From: Candidatus Latescibacterota bacterium
GTDB taxonomy: Bacteria > Latescibacterota > UBA2968 > GCA-2709665
Assembly (NCBI GenBank): GCA_963662665.2
Contig: CAXXJS010000061.1
Coordinates: 205,840 to 269,839 of the forward strand
Reading direction: 5' to 3'
Length of the DNA: 64,000 nucleotides
This document shows, one piece after another, positions 27,898-37,445 of this stretch. Position 1 is the first letter of the stretch; every line of letters begins with the position of its first letter. Position numbers and translations under genes: made by a program. The notes beneath the pieces are model-generated. The model did not search any database and was not told the DNA's origin. It worked only from the letters and a program-made list of their open reading frames with translations.

Positions 27898-29076
27898 ATG
27901 TATCGCATCGGTGACCTGGAACTGAGGCGTGTTGAAAGGTTGTTCAAAGACGGCGGCCTTTTTAGGTACGGACGCACGGGCGAATGCGAACGATTCGAGG
28001 CACGTTGGGCGAAGCATCTGGGTGTGAAGTACGCCATGATGACCACGAGCGGGACGTCCGCGTTATATTGCGCGCTCGTGGGACTGAAGGTGGGCCCCGG
28101 CGACGAAGTCATCGTCCCTGCCTGTACGTATATGGCCACCGCGCTGGCGGTTCTGGCGGCAGGCGCGATACCCGTCGTAGCCGACGTGGACGAGTCGATC
28201 ACGCTCTGTGCAGATGACGTGGAGCGCCGGCTCTCGCCTCACACAAAGGCGATCATTCCCGTGCATATGTGGGGTCTGCCGTGCAACATGAAGGCGCTGA
28301 TGCGTGTTGCGCGCAGGCACAAACTGCTCGTGCTGGAGGACGCATGCCAGGCGGTGGGCGGCGCCTACGAGGGCAGGATGCTGGGTTCGATCGGACACGC
28401 GGGCGCCTTCAGCTTCAACTTCTACAAGAATATCTCAAGCGGCGAGGGCGGGGCATTCGTCACCAGCAACAAGGCCGTTTTCGGACGCGCCTCCGTCGCT
28501 TCGGATTGCTGTTCGTTCTACTGGAATCCGGATCAGACGAAGGAGGACGAGCAGTTCGCGGGACTGAATTTCAGGGCCCCGGAAGTTTCGGGCGCCATTC
28601 TGAACGCCCAGTTGCGGCGCCTCGACGGGATGCTGGAGAAGATGGGCGCCCACAAACGGCAGTTGCTGGAGGCAGGCCGGGCCGCGGGCCTGACTTCCAT
28701 CGTCAACAACAGCCTGTCGTACGAGTGCGGCAGCAATCTGGGGTTCATTTTTCCGAACGAGGAATCGGCGAGGGCTTTCGCGGACGGTCTGAGCGGGAAT
28801 GGCGCCCGCGGATTCCTGCCCATCGATACGGGGCGGCACGTCTATACCCGGTGGGACCCGATCATGAGAAAACAGGGGGCGCACCACCCCGATATGAATC
28901 CCTACAACTTCCCGGCGAACCGGAAGCTGAACGTGACGTACACAATGGATATGTGCAGCGATTCCCTCGACGTAATGAGCCGGGCCGTGTTGATCCCGAT
29001 GCATCCGGACAACACGCAGGCCCGGGTTCGAAAGATGGCGGATGCAATCAGGAAAGCGACCGCCGGGTCCGGCTGA
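27898..29076 (+). CDS. DegT/DnrJ/EryC1/StrS PLP-dependent aminotransferase
   Basis: TSGTSAL, PVHMWG, EDACQA, FSFNFYKNISSGEGG. Confidence 0.9.
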   Translation: MYRIGDLELRRVERLFKDGGLFRYGRTGECERFEARWAKHLGVKYAMMTTSGTSALYCALVGLKVGPGDEVIVPACTYMATALAVLAAGAIPVVADVDESITLCADDVERRLSPHTKAIIPVHMWGLPCNMKALMRVARRHKLLVLEDACQAVGGAYEGRMLGSIGHAGAFSFNFYKNISSGEGGAFVTSNKAVFGRASVASDCCSFYWNPDQTKEDEQFAGLNFRAPEVSGAILNAQLRRLDGMLEKMGAHKRQLLEAGRAAGLTSIVNNSLSYECGSNLGFIFPNEESARAFADGLSGNGARGFLPIDTGRHVYTRWDPIMRKQGAHHPDMNPYNFPANRKLNVTYTMDMCSDSLDVMSRAVLIPMHPDNTQARVRKMADAIRKATAGSG

Positions 29077-29085
29077 GGAGGAGAC

Positions 29086-30051
29086 ATGAAGGCGGCGTGG
29101 GACTGGCATCTGCCGGTGGAGACCGGAACGCAGCAGCGGGAGATCGTTGAATTCGCATGTGATCTGGGCTTCGACACCCTGATCGTGCGGGACCCCTCAG
29201 AGGCAATGGCGCGGCGGGGCGCGGAGCTGGGAGTCAGGATCGTCGCGATTGTGTACGCACGGCCGTCGGAAGCGTTTGCACAAACGCATCCGGAATGCCT
29301 GCAGCGCCTGCTACCCGCGGAGGACAAGATCGCACGCGCCGGACACGCGGGCACCCCCGCCAACTTCCAGCTGCTGTCACACCGGTGGTTTTCCATCGTG
29401 CAGGAAGGCGCCACGCTGTGCTTCGAGCACGAGGCGTCGAGGTCCTTTCTCAGGGAGCGAGTGACTGCTGCGTTGGAAATCGCGGACGGTGTGTCGTTCG
29501 ACGGGTTCGGTTTCAGGAACCACTATGCGTGTTTCTGCGATCGATGCACGGACGTCCGGAAGTCGATGGCCGAGGGGCAGCCCGAGGCGCACGAACCGGA
29601 ACTGCTTGCACGGATGTCCGAAACGAGTCTGGTCACGGTATCCGACGTCCTTTACGAACACGCGAAGGAGATCAAACCGGATGCGATCGTGACCAACCAC
29701 GTGTGGCCGCCGTTTTACCCTGACGAATATTATGGAAACAGGCTGCGTCTGGATTATTGCACGCAGACGATTTCCTGGTTCTATCCGCCGCACTGGAGCC
29801 TGCAGCGCGTAGAATTCGAGACCGCAGAGATGAAGCGTCTCGAAGATGCGAAACGGAACACGTTCGTGCCGTTTATCGGGCTCTATTCGGATCCGTATCT
29901 GGTTCGTTCACCGGAGCGTGTGAGGAAGGAGTTCGAGATCGCGGGCACGTACGCCAACGGCCACGTCGTTTTGTGCAGCCTCGAAACGCCGCGTCTCTAT
30001 CCCGAGATCGCGGCCGTGGTCAGGGCCGCACTGGCTCAGAAGACCCTATGA
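29086..30051 (+). CDS. hypothetical protein, possible glycoside-hydrolase-like TIM barrel
   Basis: GAGGAG RBS; DGVSFDG followed by CFCDRC motif. Confidence 0.6.
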   Translation: MKAAWDWHLPVETGTQQREIVEFACDLGFDTLIVRDPSEAMARRGAELGVRIVAIVYARPSEAFAQTHPECLQRLLPAEDKIARAGHAGTPANFQLLSHRWFSIVQEGATLCFEHEASRSFLRERVTAALEIADGVSFDGFGFRNHYACFCDRCTDVRKSMAEGQPEAHEPELLARMSETSLVTVSDVLYEHAKEIKPDAIVTNHVWPPFYPDEYYGNRLRLDYCTQTISWFYPPHWSLQRVEFETAEMKRLEDAKRNTFVPFIGLYSDPYLVRSPERVRKEFEIAGTYANGHVVLCSLETPRLYPEIAAVVRAALAQKTL

Positions 30052-30119
30052 AATGAATGCGCTGATGGCGTGAAGGCCGCGTGTACCGGGAATCCCGTAC
30101 CCGTAGAGATGCTGCGCCG

Positions 30120-31943
30120 CTACCCGTCCGGTTGTGCCCCGGGCGGGTTTTTCCATTGAACCGGCGGAAGAAACGCCCTGAGATAGGTGCGGGTCCACCA
30201 TTCGCCGGTCCTGTTTTTTTCGTCCGGCGTTGTGAAACGATAGTCATACAGTTCCGCCCGCAGGTATCGGGGCGGATTGTCCGGAAACGGGTTTCGGGCA
30301 AGAAGATCGACCACCGCGGGTGACCCTTCGAGCAGCCGGTAACACAGGCGGGTGAACCATGGACTCTGCCGGTAGTGGCCGAGTGCGGCGAACCACATCT
30401 GCCAGTCCAGACGTGGCTGGTGCGGCGCAACCAGCGGCGGCCGCCTGTCCGTAGCGCCCGGTTTGTGGCGAAATTCGTAGGGATGCCAGGTTTTGCCGTC
30501 TCTGCTGCCTTCAAGGATGATCTCCGGCCTCCGTGTGGTCATCACCTGGAAGAGACCGTAGTTGTTTACGACGTGGTAGGGCGCTACGGCACTGTGCAGA
30601 GCCACGAGATGCCGGGGCCAGGGGGGATTGAGGCGGAAGCTGAAGCTGACGAGATACATCAGACTCAGGGTCACAACCAGAACCGCAAGCGGCAGGGTCG
30701 CTGTTCGCTGCACCGTCGGGTGTACCGGGTCTGAGCCGGAAGGCGGGACTCTGAGGCGATTCGGCCACGACCTGTCGCCGATCAGCCAAAGACAGAGGGC
30801 GGTCGCGAGGAGGTTGAAGAAGGTGAAGTTTCCGGTAAACGCGATCCCCAACTGCAGGCCGGCAAGCAATGCACAGGCCGCAATCCGGAGGCGTTGGGGT
30901 GCGAAGATGAAGAAGGGCACCACGAGTTCGATGGTGAACATCACAACCGCGGAAACCACGTGGATGCCTTCCGGCAGATGGTGCGCGTACCAGGCCACGG
31001 GATTGGGAAGGGGTTGTGTCTGGTAGTGATAGGTGAGTGCGCTGAGGTCGCGCCAGGCTGCGTCGCCGCTGGTGAGTTTGACAACGCCTGATGCGAACAT
31101 GAAGCGAAAGAGCAGCCAGCGGTAGAGCCAGGCGACGAGCCGGGTGGGCGCTATGGCGCCGCGTCTCGCTAAAAGTTTCCAGGGCGCCAGAAACACGGCC
31201 AGCAGACCGGCTTCGAGAAGCAAAACGTCCCATTGAAAGGACATAAAGGGGCCGGCGGCCGTGACGATGGAAAGATAGGCGATCCACAGCAACAAAAAGA
31301 GCAGGCCGGAGGCAGGAAACAGCGCAGCGCCGAGTGCGAGCAGCGTGCCGCCGCCACAGACGACGTGGAGGAACGTGTCGCTCTGATCGAACCAGAACAG
31401 GGTCGGGTGCCGGAGCGGATGGCTCGAATTCGCTTCGAGACGAATGGACTCGTCGACCGGAAGGATGCCCTGTGCGCCGATGAGGCCGTGCGCCTGCACC
31501 CAGAACGAAAGGAAGGCGATCAGATAAGTTACGGCCAGGGCGCGCAGGAACAGGTCGGCGGAGGTCCGATACGCGGGTCGGCGGAGGTCATTTCCCCAGA
31601 GCCACCGGGTAACCGTTGACACCGTGATCCGGTTGCGGACAACCACGCGGTAAGTGGCTTCCGCAGCACCCGCAAACCAGGGCAGGCGGCGGTAGGCCCA
31701 CCATAGCAGTTTACCCGCCGGCCCGGTAAACGCGAGCACGCACAGTGCGGCTTTGGCGCCGCTGTAGACTTCGCCGTCCGGACCGATCCACTGGACTGCG
31801 TTTTCAAATTGCTCCGGGGATATCTGTGGGAACCGGTGGCCGACCTCCTGCGACGGCGCGAACCCGACCCGATCGCCGGTGATGGCGCGAACGCGGTCCA
31901 CCCAACGCGTGCAGAAGCCGCAGTTACCGTCGTACACAAGCAT
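30120..31943 (-). CDS. DCC1-like thiol-disulfide oxidoreductase fused to lipase maturation factor (LMF1) domain
   Basis: N-terminal YDGNCGFC; then FQWDVLLLEAG, HYQTQPLP, YGLFQVMT, PHQPRLDWQMWFAAL. Confidence 0.88.
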   Translation of the reverse strand: MLVYDGNCGFCTRWVDRVRAITGDRVGFAPSQEVGHRFPQISPEQFENAVQWIGPDGEVYSGAKAALCVLAFTGPAGKLLWWAYRRLPWFAGAAEATYRVVVRNRITVSTVTRWLWGNDLRRPAYRTSADLFLRALAVTYLIAFLSFWVQAHGLIGAQGILPVDESIRLEANSSHPLRHPTLFWFDQSDTFLHVVCGGGTLLALGAALFPASGLLFLLLWIAYLSIVTAAGPFMSFQWDVLLLEAGLLAVFLAPWKLLARRGAIAPTRLVAWLYRWLLFRFMFASGVVKLTSGDAAWRDLSALTYHYQTQPLPNPVAWYAHHLPEGIHVVSAVVMFTIELVVPFFIFAPQRLRIAACALLAGLQLGIAFTGNFTFFNLLATALCLWLIGDRSWPNRLRVPPSGSDPVHPTVQRTATLPLAVLVVTLSLMYLVSFSFRLNPPWPRHLVALHSAVAPYHVVNNYGLFQVMTTRRPEIILEGSRDGKTWHPYEFRHKPGATDRRPPLVAPHQPRLDWQMWFAALGHYRQSPWFTRLCYRLLEGSPAVVDLLARNPFPDNPPRYLRAELYDYRFTTPDEKNRTGEWWTRTYLRAFLPPVQWKNPPGAQPDG

Positions 31944-31947
31944 GGGA

Positions 31948-32655
31948 TTACCGGACGAAACCGGCGATGAGTCCGAGGAAACCGCCGAATACGCCGCCCC
32001 AGACCACGAGCCAGCCGAGGTGTTCGCGGATCATTTCCTGTACGATCTGTTTGACCATCTGAGGCGTAAGTTCCTCCAGCCGGCGTGTGACAATGGTCTC
32101 CGCTCTGGCCACCAGGGCTTCCCCGGCGTGAGCGCTTTGCAGGCCGGCGGTCATGGCGTCCCTGAAGGAGCGAGAGAGCAGCATGTCGCGGAGTTCGTCC
32201 TTCATCTTGGTCTTGAAGGGGTTGCGGAGCGGTTCCAGCGCTCTTTCGCCGCCCACGATTCCGAGCATGCCGCCAAATGGCGAGGTGAGTACGACGTCGA
32301 CGAAGCCGGCGTAGATGCGATCGTAGTCAACGGCGGCGACGACGGGTTCGGGGTCGAGGGGTTCGTCCGGAGATTCCGCGGCGAGGAATTCCTCCACTTT
32401 CTCCCGCTTGAAGAACTGCTCCATGATGAGCTTTCGAATACCGCCCTTGAACTCCTCGAAGCGTGCGGGCACCACGCCGGAGCCGTACAGGCCGGGTACT
32501 CTTTCGAAGAGCATATGAACGGCCAGCCAGTTCGTTAGCGCACCCGATGTCGCGAACAGTCCTACCGTCAGGATCTGATCCCGATATACCGGGCTGAGGG
32601 CGCCGCCGCCGATGAGCCCAAGCGAAATGAGGTTTGTCAGCAGGCTTTTGTTCAT
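31948..32655 (-). CDS. DUF445 family protein
   Basis: GALTNWLAVHMLF, GSGVVP.RF, HLGWLVVWGGVFGG. Confidence 0.85.
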   Translation of the reverse strand: MNKSLLTNLISLGLIGGGALSPVYRDQILTVGLFATSGALTNWLAVHMLFERVPGLYGSGVVPARFEEFKGGIRKLIMEQFFKREKVEEFLAAESPDEPLDPEPVVAAVDYDRIYAGFVDVVLTSPFGGMLGIVGGERALEPLRNPFKTKMKDELRDMLLSRSFRDAMTAGLQSAHAGEALVARAETIVTRRLEELTPQMVKQIVQEMIREHLGWLVVWGGVFGGFLGLIAGFVR

Positions 32656-32728
32656 AGACTCAGACTCACATGGATAGACAGGATGCCGTCGGTCGCGAGA
32701 AAACCGTAGGGGATTGACGGACGGCCGC

Positions 32729-33817
32729 TCAATCCCTTCCCGTTAATACCTCCAGGTATTGCGCGGTGGTTTTCTCCCAGGTGTACTCGGCCCGCACAAA
32801 GGCCTGGATCCGCGTCCTCTCACGTTCCTTTTCTTCGTCGGGCAGGTCCACGTACCGGTGGATCTGTGCCACAAACCCGGGATAATCGCCGGGCGGGACG
32901 CCGAAGCCGCCGTCGCGCAGGCTTTCGCCAAGGGCATCCACGTTGAAATAGACCACCGGCAGGCCCGCGTACAGACACTCGAGTGGGGCAATGCCGAAGC
33001 CTTCGGCGTCGTGGCTGAGATGGATGTTGGGCATCAGGAAGAGTTGCGCCTCCCGGCGAAGCATGGCCACCGTGGAATCGTCCAGCCGACCAAGCGTAAA
33101 GACCCGGTCGCCCAGGTTCAGGGACTTGACGGCGGCTCCAATGTGATCCTGCGTGGGTCCGCTTCCGCTGATGAACAGGCGGATTTCTTTCCTCATCAGG
33201 GGCACGCCGTTTTCGATGAACTCAACCACGCCCTTCCGCCGCACCTGCCTTCCGTAGTTCAGCAGAAAAGGGCGTTCTTCCAGATTCAGGCCGTGCGCCC
33301 GTTCAAATCGGTCTCTTAGCCGCGTGTGCTCCGCTTCGGCGGGTATGACGGCCTGAATGCCCTGATAAATCACACGGGTTCTGTCCGCCGGCAAGCCGTT
33401 TTCGGCCGCGAGGGCCGCCGTAGCGCGGCTGACCATAACGGTACGGTCGCAGGCGCGGGCACCCGCCTGCATCAGGCGGTTGAACAAAGCGCGGCGGAAC
33501 GTCAATTCTGCGCCGTGGATGGTCACCGTGAACCGGGCGGGCGTGAAAGGGCGAAGAAACGGGGCCAGTGCAGCTGTAACCCCGTCCATAAAGAAAATGA
33601 CATCCGGTCGATGGCGTAGAATGTGGAACACGGCGGCGCAAAAAGCAATGGGCATGAACCATGCCAGATGATAGAGCGGGTCCTTGCCGAGCGCGATAAG
33701 CGTTACGGGACATGTTTGGGAAAGCCTTGTATAGAGTTCTTTCGCGTAGATCTGAATGCCGCCCACGGAAGGCGGATACCGGCGGGCGAGAAAGAGGATG
33801 CGGGGTTTGGGAATCAT
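32729..33817 (-). CDS. glycosyltransferase family 4
   Basis: YPPSVGGIQ, GRQVRRKG, EGFGIAPLE; start set at MIPKPRILF. Confidence 0.88.
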   Translation of the reverse strand: MIPKPRILFLARRYPPSVGGIQIYAKELYTRLSQTCPVTLIALGKDPLYHLAWFMPIAFCAAVFHILRHRPDVIFFMDGVTAALAPFLRPFTPARFTVTIHGAELTFRRALFNRLMQAGARACDRTVMVSRATAALAAENGLPADRTRVIYQGIQAVIPAEAEHTRLRDRFERAHGLNLEERPFLLNYGRQVRRKGVVEFIENGVPLMRKEIRLFISGSGPTQDHIGAAVKSLNLGDRVFTLGRLDDSTVAMLRREAQLFLMPNIHLSHDAEGFGIAPLECLYAGLPVVYFNVDALGESLRDGGFGVPPGDYPGFVAQIHRYVDLPDEEKERERTRIQAFVRAEYTWEKTTAQYLEVLTGRD

Positions 33818-34090
33818 TGGCGGTCCGTGATCGACAACCCGCTGTGCCTTCACATGATGTGCCCGGCTGCAGGAACGGGTCAGATAAGCAAGATAGGAAT
33901 CAACTTTATCAATCCATGATAACTGTGCTATTATATGCGCCTTATGCGGTGTGTTGCAAGAAGTATCAGAGGAGGTGGCGGCCGGCGGCGCTACCGGGAC
34001 CAGGCGACTGAAACCGGCGCGGCCGCCCGCGAATTCATGAGGATTGAGATCCGATTGGCCAGGTGGACACCCGCTGGGGTTTTTTGTGCT

Positions 34091-34118
34091 TTGACAGCCC
34101 CGTCTCCGCCTGTATTTT
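34091..34118 (+). promoter_or_regulatory. putative sigma-70 promoter
   Basis: TTGACA-16 bp-TATTTT, the same hexamers as the tRNA promoters. Confidence 0.5.
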
Positions 34119-34263
34119 GTGGTCCAGCCGGAAGCAGGGAGCCTCGAAGTGCGTCGCGGTTTCTGAGGATTTCCGACGGTTGTCTTCCCGTACCGGTTGG
34201 ACGCGGTAACGGAAACGCGGGTTTCATCGATCAACGAACCCAATCACGGCCGAAAGCGGCAAG

Positions 34264-35286
34264 ATGAACTCAGACACAAAGGGTCTTGAACGAGGCGAGC
34301 GAGCCACGGATTTCGTGCTGCCTCTGGCGCACGACGGCACGCCGACCCGGTTCTATTCGAAGGCGGGCGGCGCAAAAACCGTGCTGGTTTTTTCAGGCGC
34401 GGGCGAGGACCTTCCGGTCGGCTTCTCGGCCGCTCTGGAAAAGCCGGACGTGGACATTCTGGCCGTGGCAGCTTCCGAGCCGGCGCACGTAACGACGTGG
34501 CCCCATCCGGTTTTCCTGGATGCGAAAGGCGCGGTCCGGTCGGCGTACCGGATCGGGGATCCGGGGGCATCCATCGCGCTGGTGCTGGACCCCAATTTGC
34601 GGGTGCTCGCGTCGGTTGTTCTGGACGACGCCGGGAATGCCGCGCGGAAGGTGCGGAACGTGCTGGATTCATACCCGGCGGAAACCGAAGCCAGGGTGGT
34701 TGACACGCAAGCCCCGGTGCTGCTGATTCCCAACGTACTGGATCCTGAGATCTGCAATTTTCTGATGCAGGTGTGGGAGAACAGAGGCAACGTGGAAACC
34801 GGCGTCGAGCAGTCGGAGAGCACAAGGCGGGGTGAACGGATCGACGTCGAACAGAAGAGCAGGAGAGACCATATCGTAGAGGATGACAGACTGGTCAGGT
34901 TGCTGTCATCCACCATCGGCCGCAGGGTGATTCCTGAAGTGCGGCGGGCGTTCGCGTACCGCGCCACTCGGTTTGAGGGATTTAAGATAGCCTGCTACGA
35001 CGCAGCATCCGGAGGATTTTTTCACGCGCATAGGGACAATCTGAGCCCGGCCACCGCTCACCGGCGGTTCGCGCTCACGTTGAACCTGAACGAACAGTTC
35101 AGAGGGGGGCACCTTCGGTTTCCGGAATTCGGCCCGCATCTTTACAGACCCTGCGCCGGCGGGGCGGTGGTTTTTTCATGTTCGCACCTGCACGAGGTCA
35201 CGGAGGTGACGTCGGGCAAGCGTTTCGCACTGCTTTCCTTCATGTTCGGAGACGAGGAGTTGCGTTCCAGGCCGCAGGCGCCTTGA
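34264..35286 (+). CDS. 2OG-Fe(II) oxygenase with N-terminal redoxin-like domain
   Basis: G.RATDFVLP...LDPNLRV redoxin-like pattern; FHAHRDN, GGHLRFPEFG, HLHEV...GKRF. Confidence 0.82.
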   Translation: MNSDTKGLERGERATDFVLPLAHDGTPTRFYSKAGGAKTVLVFSGAGEDLPVGFSAALEKPDVDILAVAASEPAHVTTWPHPVFLDAKGAVRSAYRIGDPGASIALVLDPNLRVLASVVLDDAGNAARKVRNVLDSYPAETEARVVDTQAPVLLIPNVLDPEICNFLMQVWENRGNVETGVEQSESTRRGERIDVEQKSRRDHIVEDDRLVRLLSSTIGRRVIPEVRRAFAYRATRFEGFKIACYDAASGGFFHAHRDNLSPATAHRRFALTLNLNEQFRGGHLRFPEFGPHLYRPCAGGAVVFSCSHLHEVTEVTSGKRFALLSFMFGDEELRSRPQAP

Positions 35287-35308
35287 AGGAGTCGCGAGGC
35301 AATGCGTT

Positions 35309-37228
35309 TTACCAGGTGTGCACCATTTTTCCGTCGCCCGGAAACCAGACCGCATCGACGGCGGTAGAGATGCCCACGCCTAACGTATAACCGATCAGCA
35401 AACCAATAAAAAAGGGTTGAAAACTGCGGTAGAGCGCGATGCCGCCAAACCGGAGCACAAGGGACTTGAAGGCCCACACGAGAAAGACGGTGAATGCCGT
35501 GACACGCACCGGGAACGCGTAGCCGACCGTGAATCCGACGGGATGCAGCGGCCACCATGGAAAGCGCAACCGGAGCATCCCCAGGAGCAGGGTGCCCAGA
35601 ACGCCGGCCGCCAGGAATGCAAGTTCCGAGCCGGTAAAGGTCGGCGGGGCGGTGGCCCACGTGACCACGCGGTCGAACATCCGAAGGCCGTAGCCGCCGA
35701 ATACGTATACGTGCCGGATATTTGCGGTGCCGGTGGCGCTGTAGCAGAGATTGAGGGTGTACGCGACCGACGCTATGAAGCCAACGACAAATGCCGCGCA
35801 GAGCGCTACGGTAACGCGGGCCCGGTTCCAGCGGAAGCTGTGCTGGATTCGCGCGATGTGTACAAGTGAGGGCAGGATGTATTGCCGGTGGCTTTCAACG
35901 ACGTTGGCCGACAGGGCCATGCCTACGTGGTCGCCCGTCTGCACCTGGGTGCCCAGTATTGCCGCGGTCAGCGCCTGCGTGCGCTGCGGCGTTTCGATAT
36001 AGACCAGGCCGGTTTCGGCGACAATCTTGGACAGTCCGAGAAAAAAGACGAGAAGCAGGCCGAGTTGGACGGTTACGGCCAGGATTGAAATGCCCAGCGC
36101 GTGAAGCCAGGCCACGGCGTAGACCAGGGATACCAGAAGGCCGACAACGGCGGCGCGATAGGACAGGAGTTCGTCCCTGTCGTCCATGTCCGGCTGCCTC
36201 CGCCAGGCGCTGCGAAACACGCCGGCGACGTGCTTTCGGGCCATGAAGAGGCCCAGAAATACAAGGGCCGTGAAACCGCCCGCCTGTTGCAGAAGTACGC
36301 CGCCGTGGTATTCGCTGCTCACGGTGACGCCAAGACGGTTGGTCAGGCCGATCTCGAACAGCGACAGGACATGAAACAGCCATACGGAAAGCAGCACCTC
36401 CAGGTTCGTGAGATAACCGAACGCGGCGACCACAAAGTTGAATTTGATCTGCAGCGGCGGGAAATCAGGGCCGAAACTCAGGGCGCTGGAAAACGTGGGT
36501 CCAAGAGGAATGTAGGGCACGCGGTGAGAGAATCGTGGGAGAACGTTCCACGCGAGAACGAAAATACCGATACCGAATCCGGCCCAGAAACGACGGTTGT
36601 TGAAAAGAGGGATTGCACCGGACCCGGGGTCCGATATCATCATCAGCGGCAGCCGGGCCAGGGGAAAGACGATCCGTTCGTGTTCCACCCACTGTTTGCG
36701 GAGGATCACGGCGATGCTGAGGCAGGCGAAAAACAGGGCGAAAAGCAGCGTGAACCACCAGAATAACGGTACCAGCCAGACCTCCCACGGAATGGGCTGA
36801 CCCCTCGGCAGCCCTTCCCACAGGTGGGTGATGGCCCCGTTCCGGTTTCCGGGAACGGACCAGGGTCGCAGGTGTTCGGTGACGTACTCGCCCCACCGGT
36901 TTTCGGGTGTCGCCTTGTAGTACGGCGTGGCGAGGACGGCGACCAGTCGGCCCGCGATGTTTTTGGTAGGAAACGCGCCCCCGATGAATCCCATGCAGAG
37001 GACGAGCCCGAGTTCTTGCGCGTTAAGCGACCAATGCGGACGTACGCTCTGCAGAATCCGGTTGGTGAGGAAAAGGAGCAGGAACGGCAGCCAGAGAGAC
37101 ATGGGCAGGTGGCCCAGGGAGACTCTTGAGGCGCGCAGGCGGTAGGTTGTGTCCGTCGCGAAGAGGCAGATGACAATGGTGAGCGCAAGGCCGATGAGGA
37201 TGGACCGGCGGCTGACAATCTGTGCCAT
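35309..37228 (-). CDS. DUF6785/DUF6784-type large polytopic membrane protein (putative transporter)
   Basis: Many TMs; PWEVWLVPLFWW, LRKQWVEHERIVFPL, WWPLHPVG. Confidence 0.75.
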   Translation of the reverse strand: MAQIVSRRSILIGLALTIVICLFATDTTYRLRASRVSLGHLPMSLWLPFLLLFLTNRILQSVRPHWSLNAQELGLVLCMGFIGGAFPTKNIAGRLVAVLATPYYKATPENRWGEYVTEHLRPWSVPGNRNGAITHLWEGLPRGQPIPWEVWLVPLFWWFTLLFALFFACLSIAVILRKQWVEHERIVFPLARLPLMMISDPGSGAIPLFNNRRFWAGFGIGIFVLAWNVLPRFSHRVPYIPLGPTFSSALSFGPDFPPLQIKFNFVVAAFGYLTNLEVLLSVWLFHVLSLFEIGLTNRLGVTVSSEYHGGVLLQQAGGFTALVFLGLFMARKHVAGVFRSAWRRQPDMDDRDELLSYRAAVVGLLVSLVYAVAWLHALGISILAVTVQLGLLLVFFLGLSKIVAETGLVYIETPQRTQALTAAILGTQVQTGDHVGMALSANVVESHRQYILPSLVHIARIQHSFRWNRARVTVALCAAFVVGFIASVAYTLNLCYSATGTANIRHVYVFGGYGLRMFDRVVTWATAPPTFTGSELAFLAAGVLGTLLLGMLRLRFPWWPLHPVGFTVGYAFPVRVTAFTVFLVWAFKSLVLRFGGIALYRSFQPFFIGLLIGYTLGVGISTAVDAVWFPGDGKMVHTW

Positions 37229-37445
37229 GGGATTTGGATCCCGGCTTCCGCGGGAGGTTGGGTGGGTGTGCGGACGGGCGGACTGGCATAAGGAGAAAGG
37301 CGCCCGGCAGTTGCGTGGGGTGCCTGAAGTGGCGATAATATGAAGTGTTCAGGCTGCGCTGTCAACGGGTGAATAGCCCGTCTTTTTCACGTCCCTTGCC
37401 GCATGCTGAAGGCGGGCGGGGACGGCGCGGACAGTCGGAGGGCGA

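Noticed and set aside
33818-34243. 142-aa N-terminal extension of the glycosyltransferase
   Set aside because: Spans a divergent promoter region; GT4 similarity starts at MIPKPRILF
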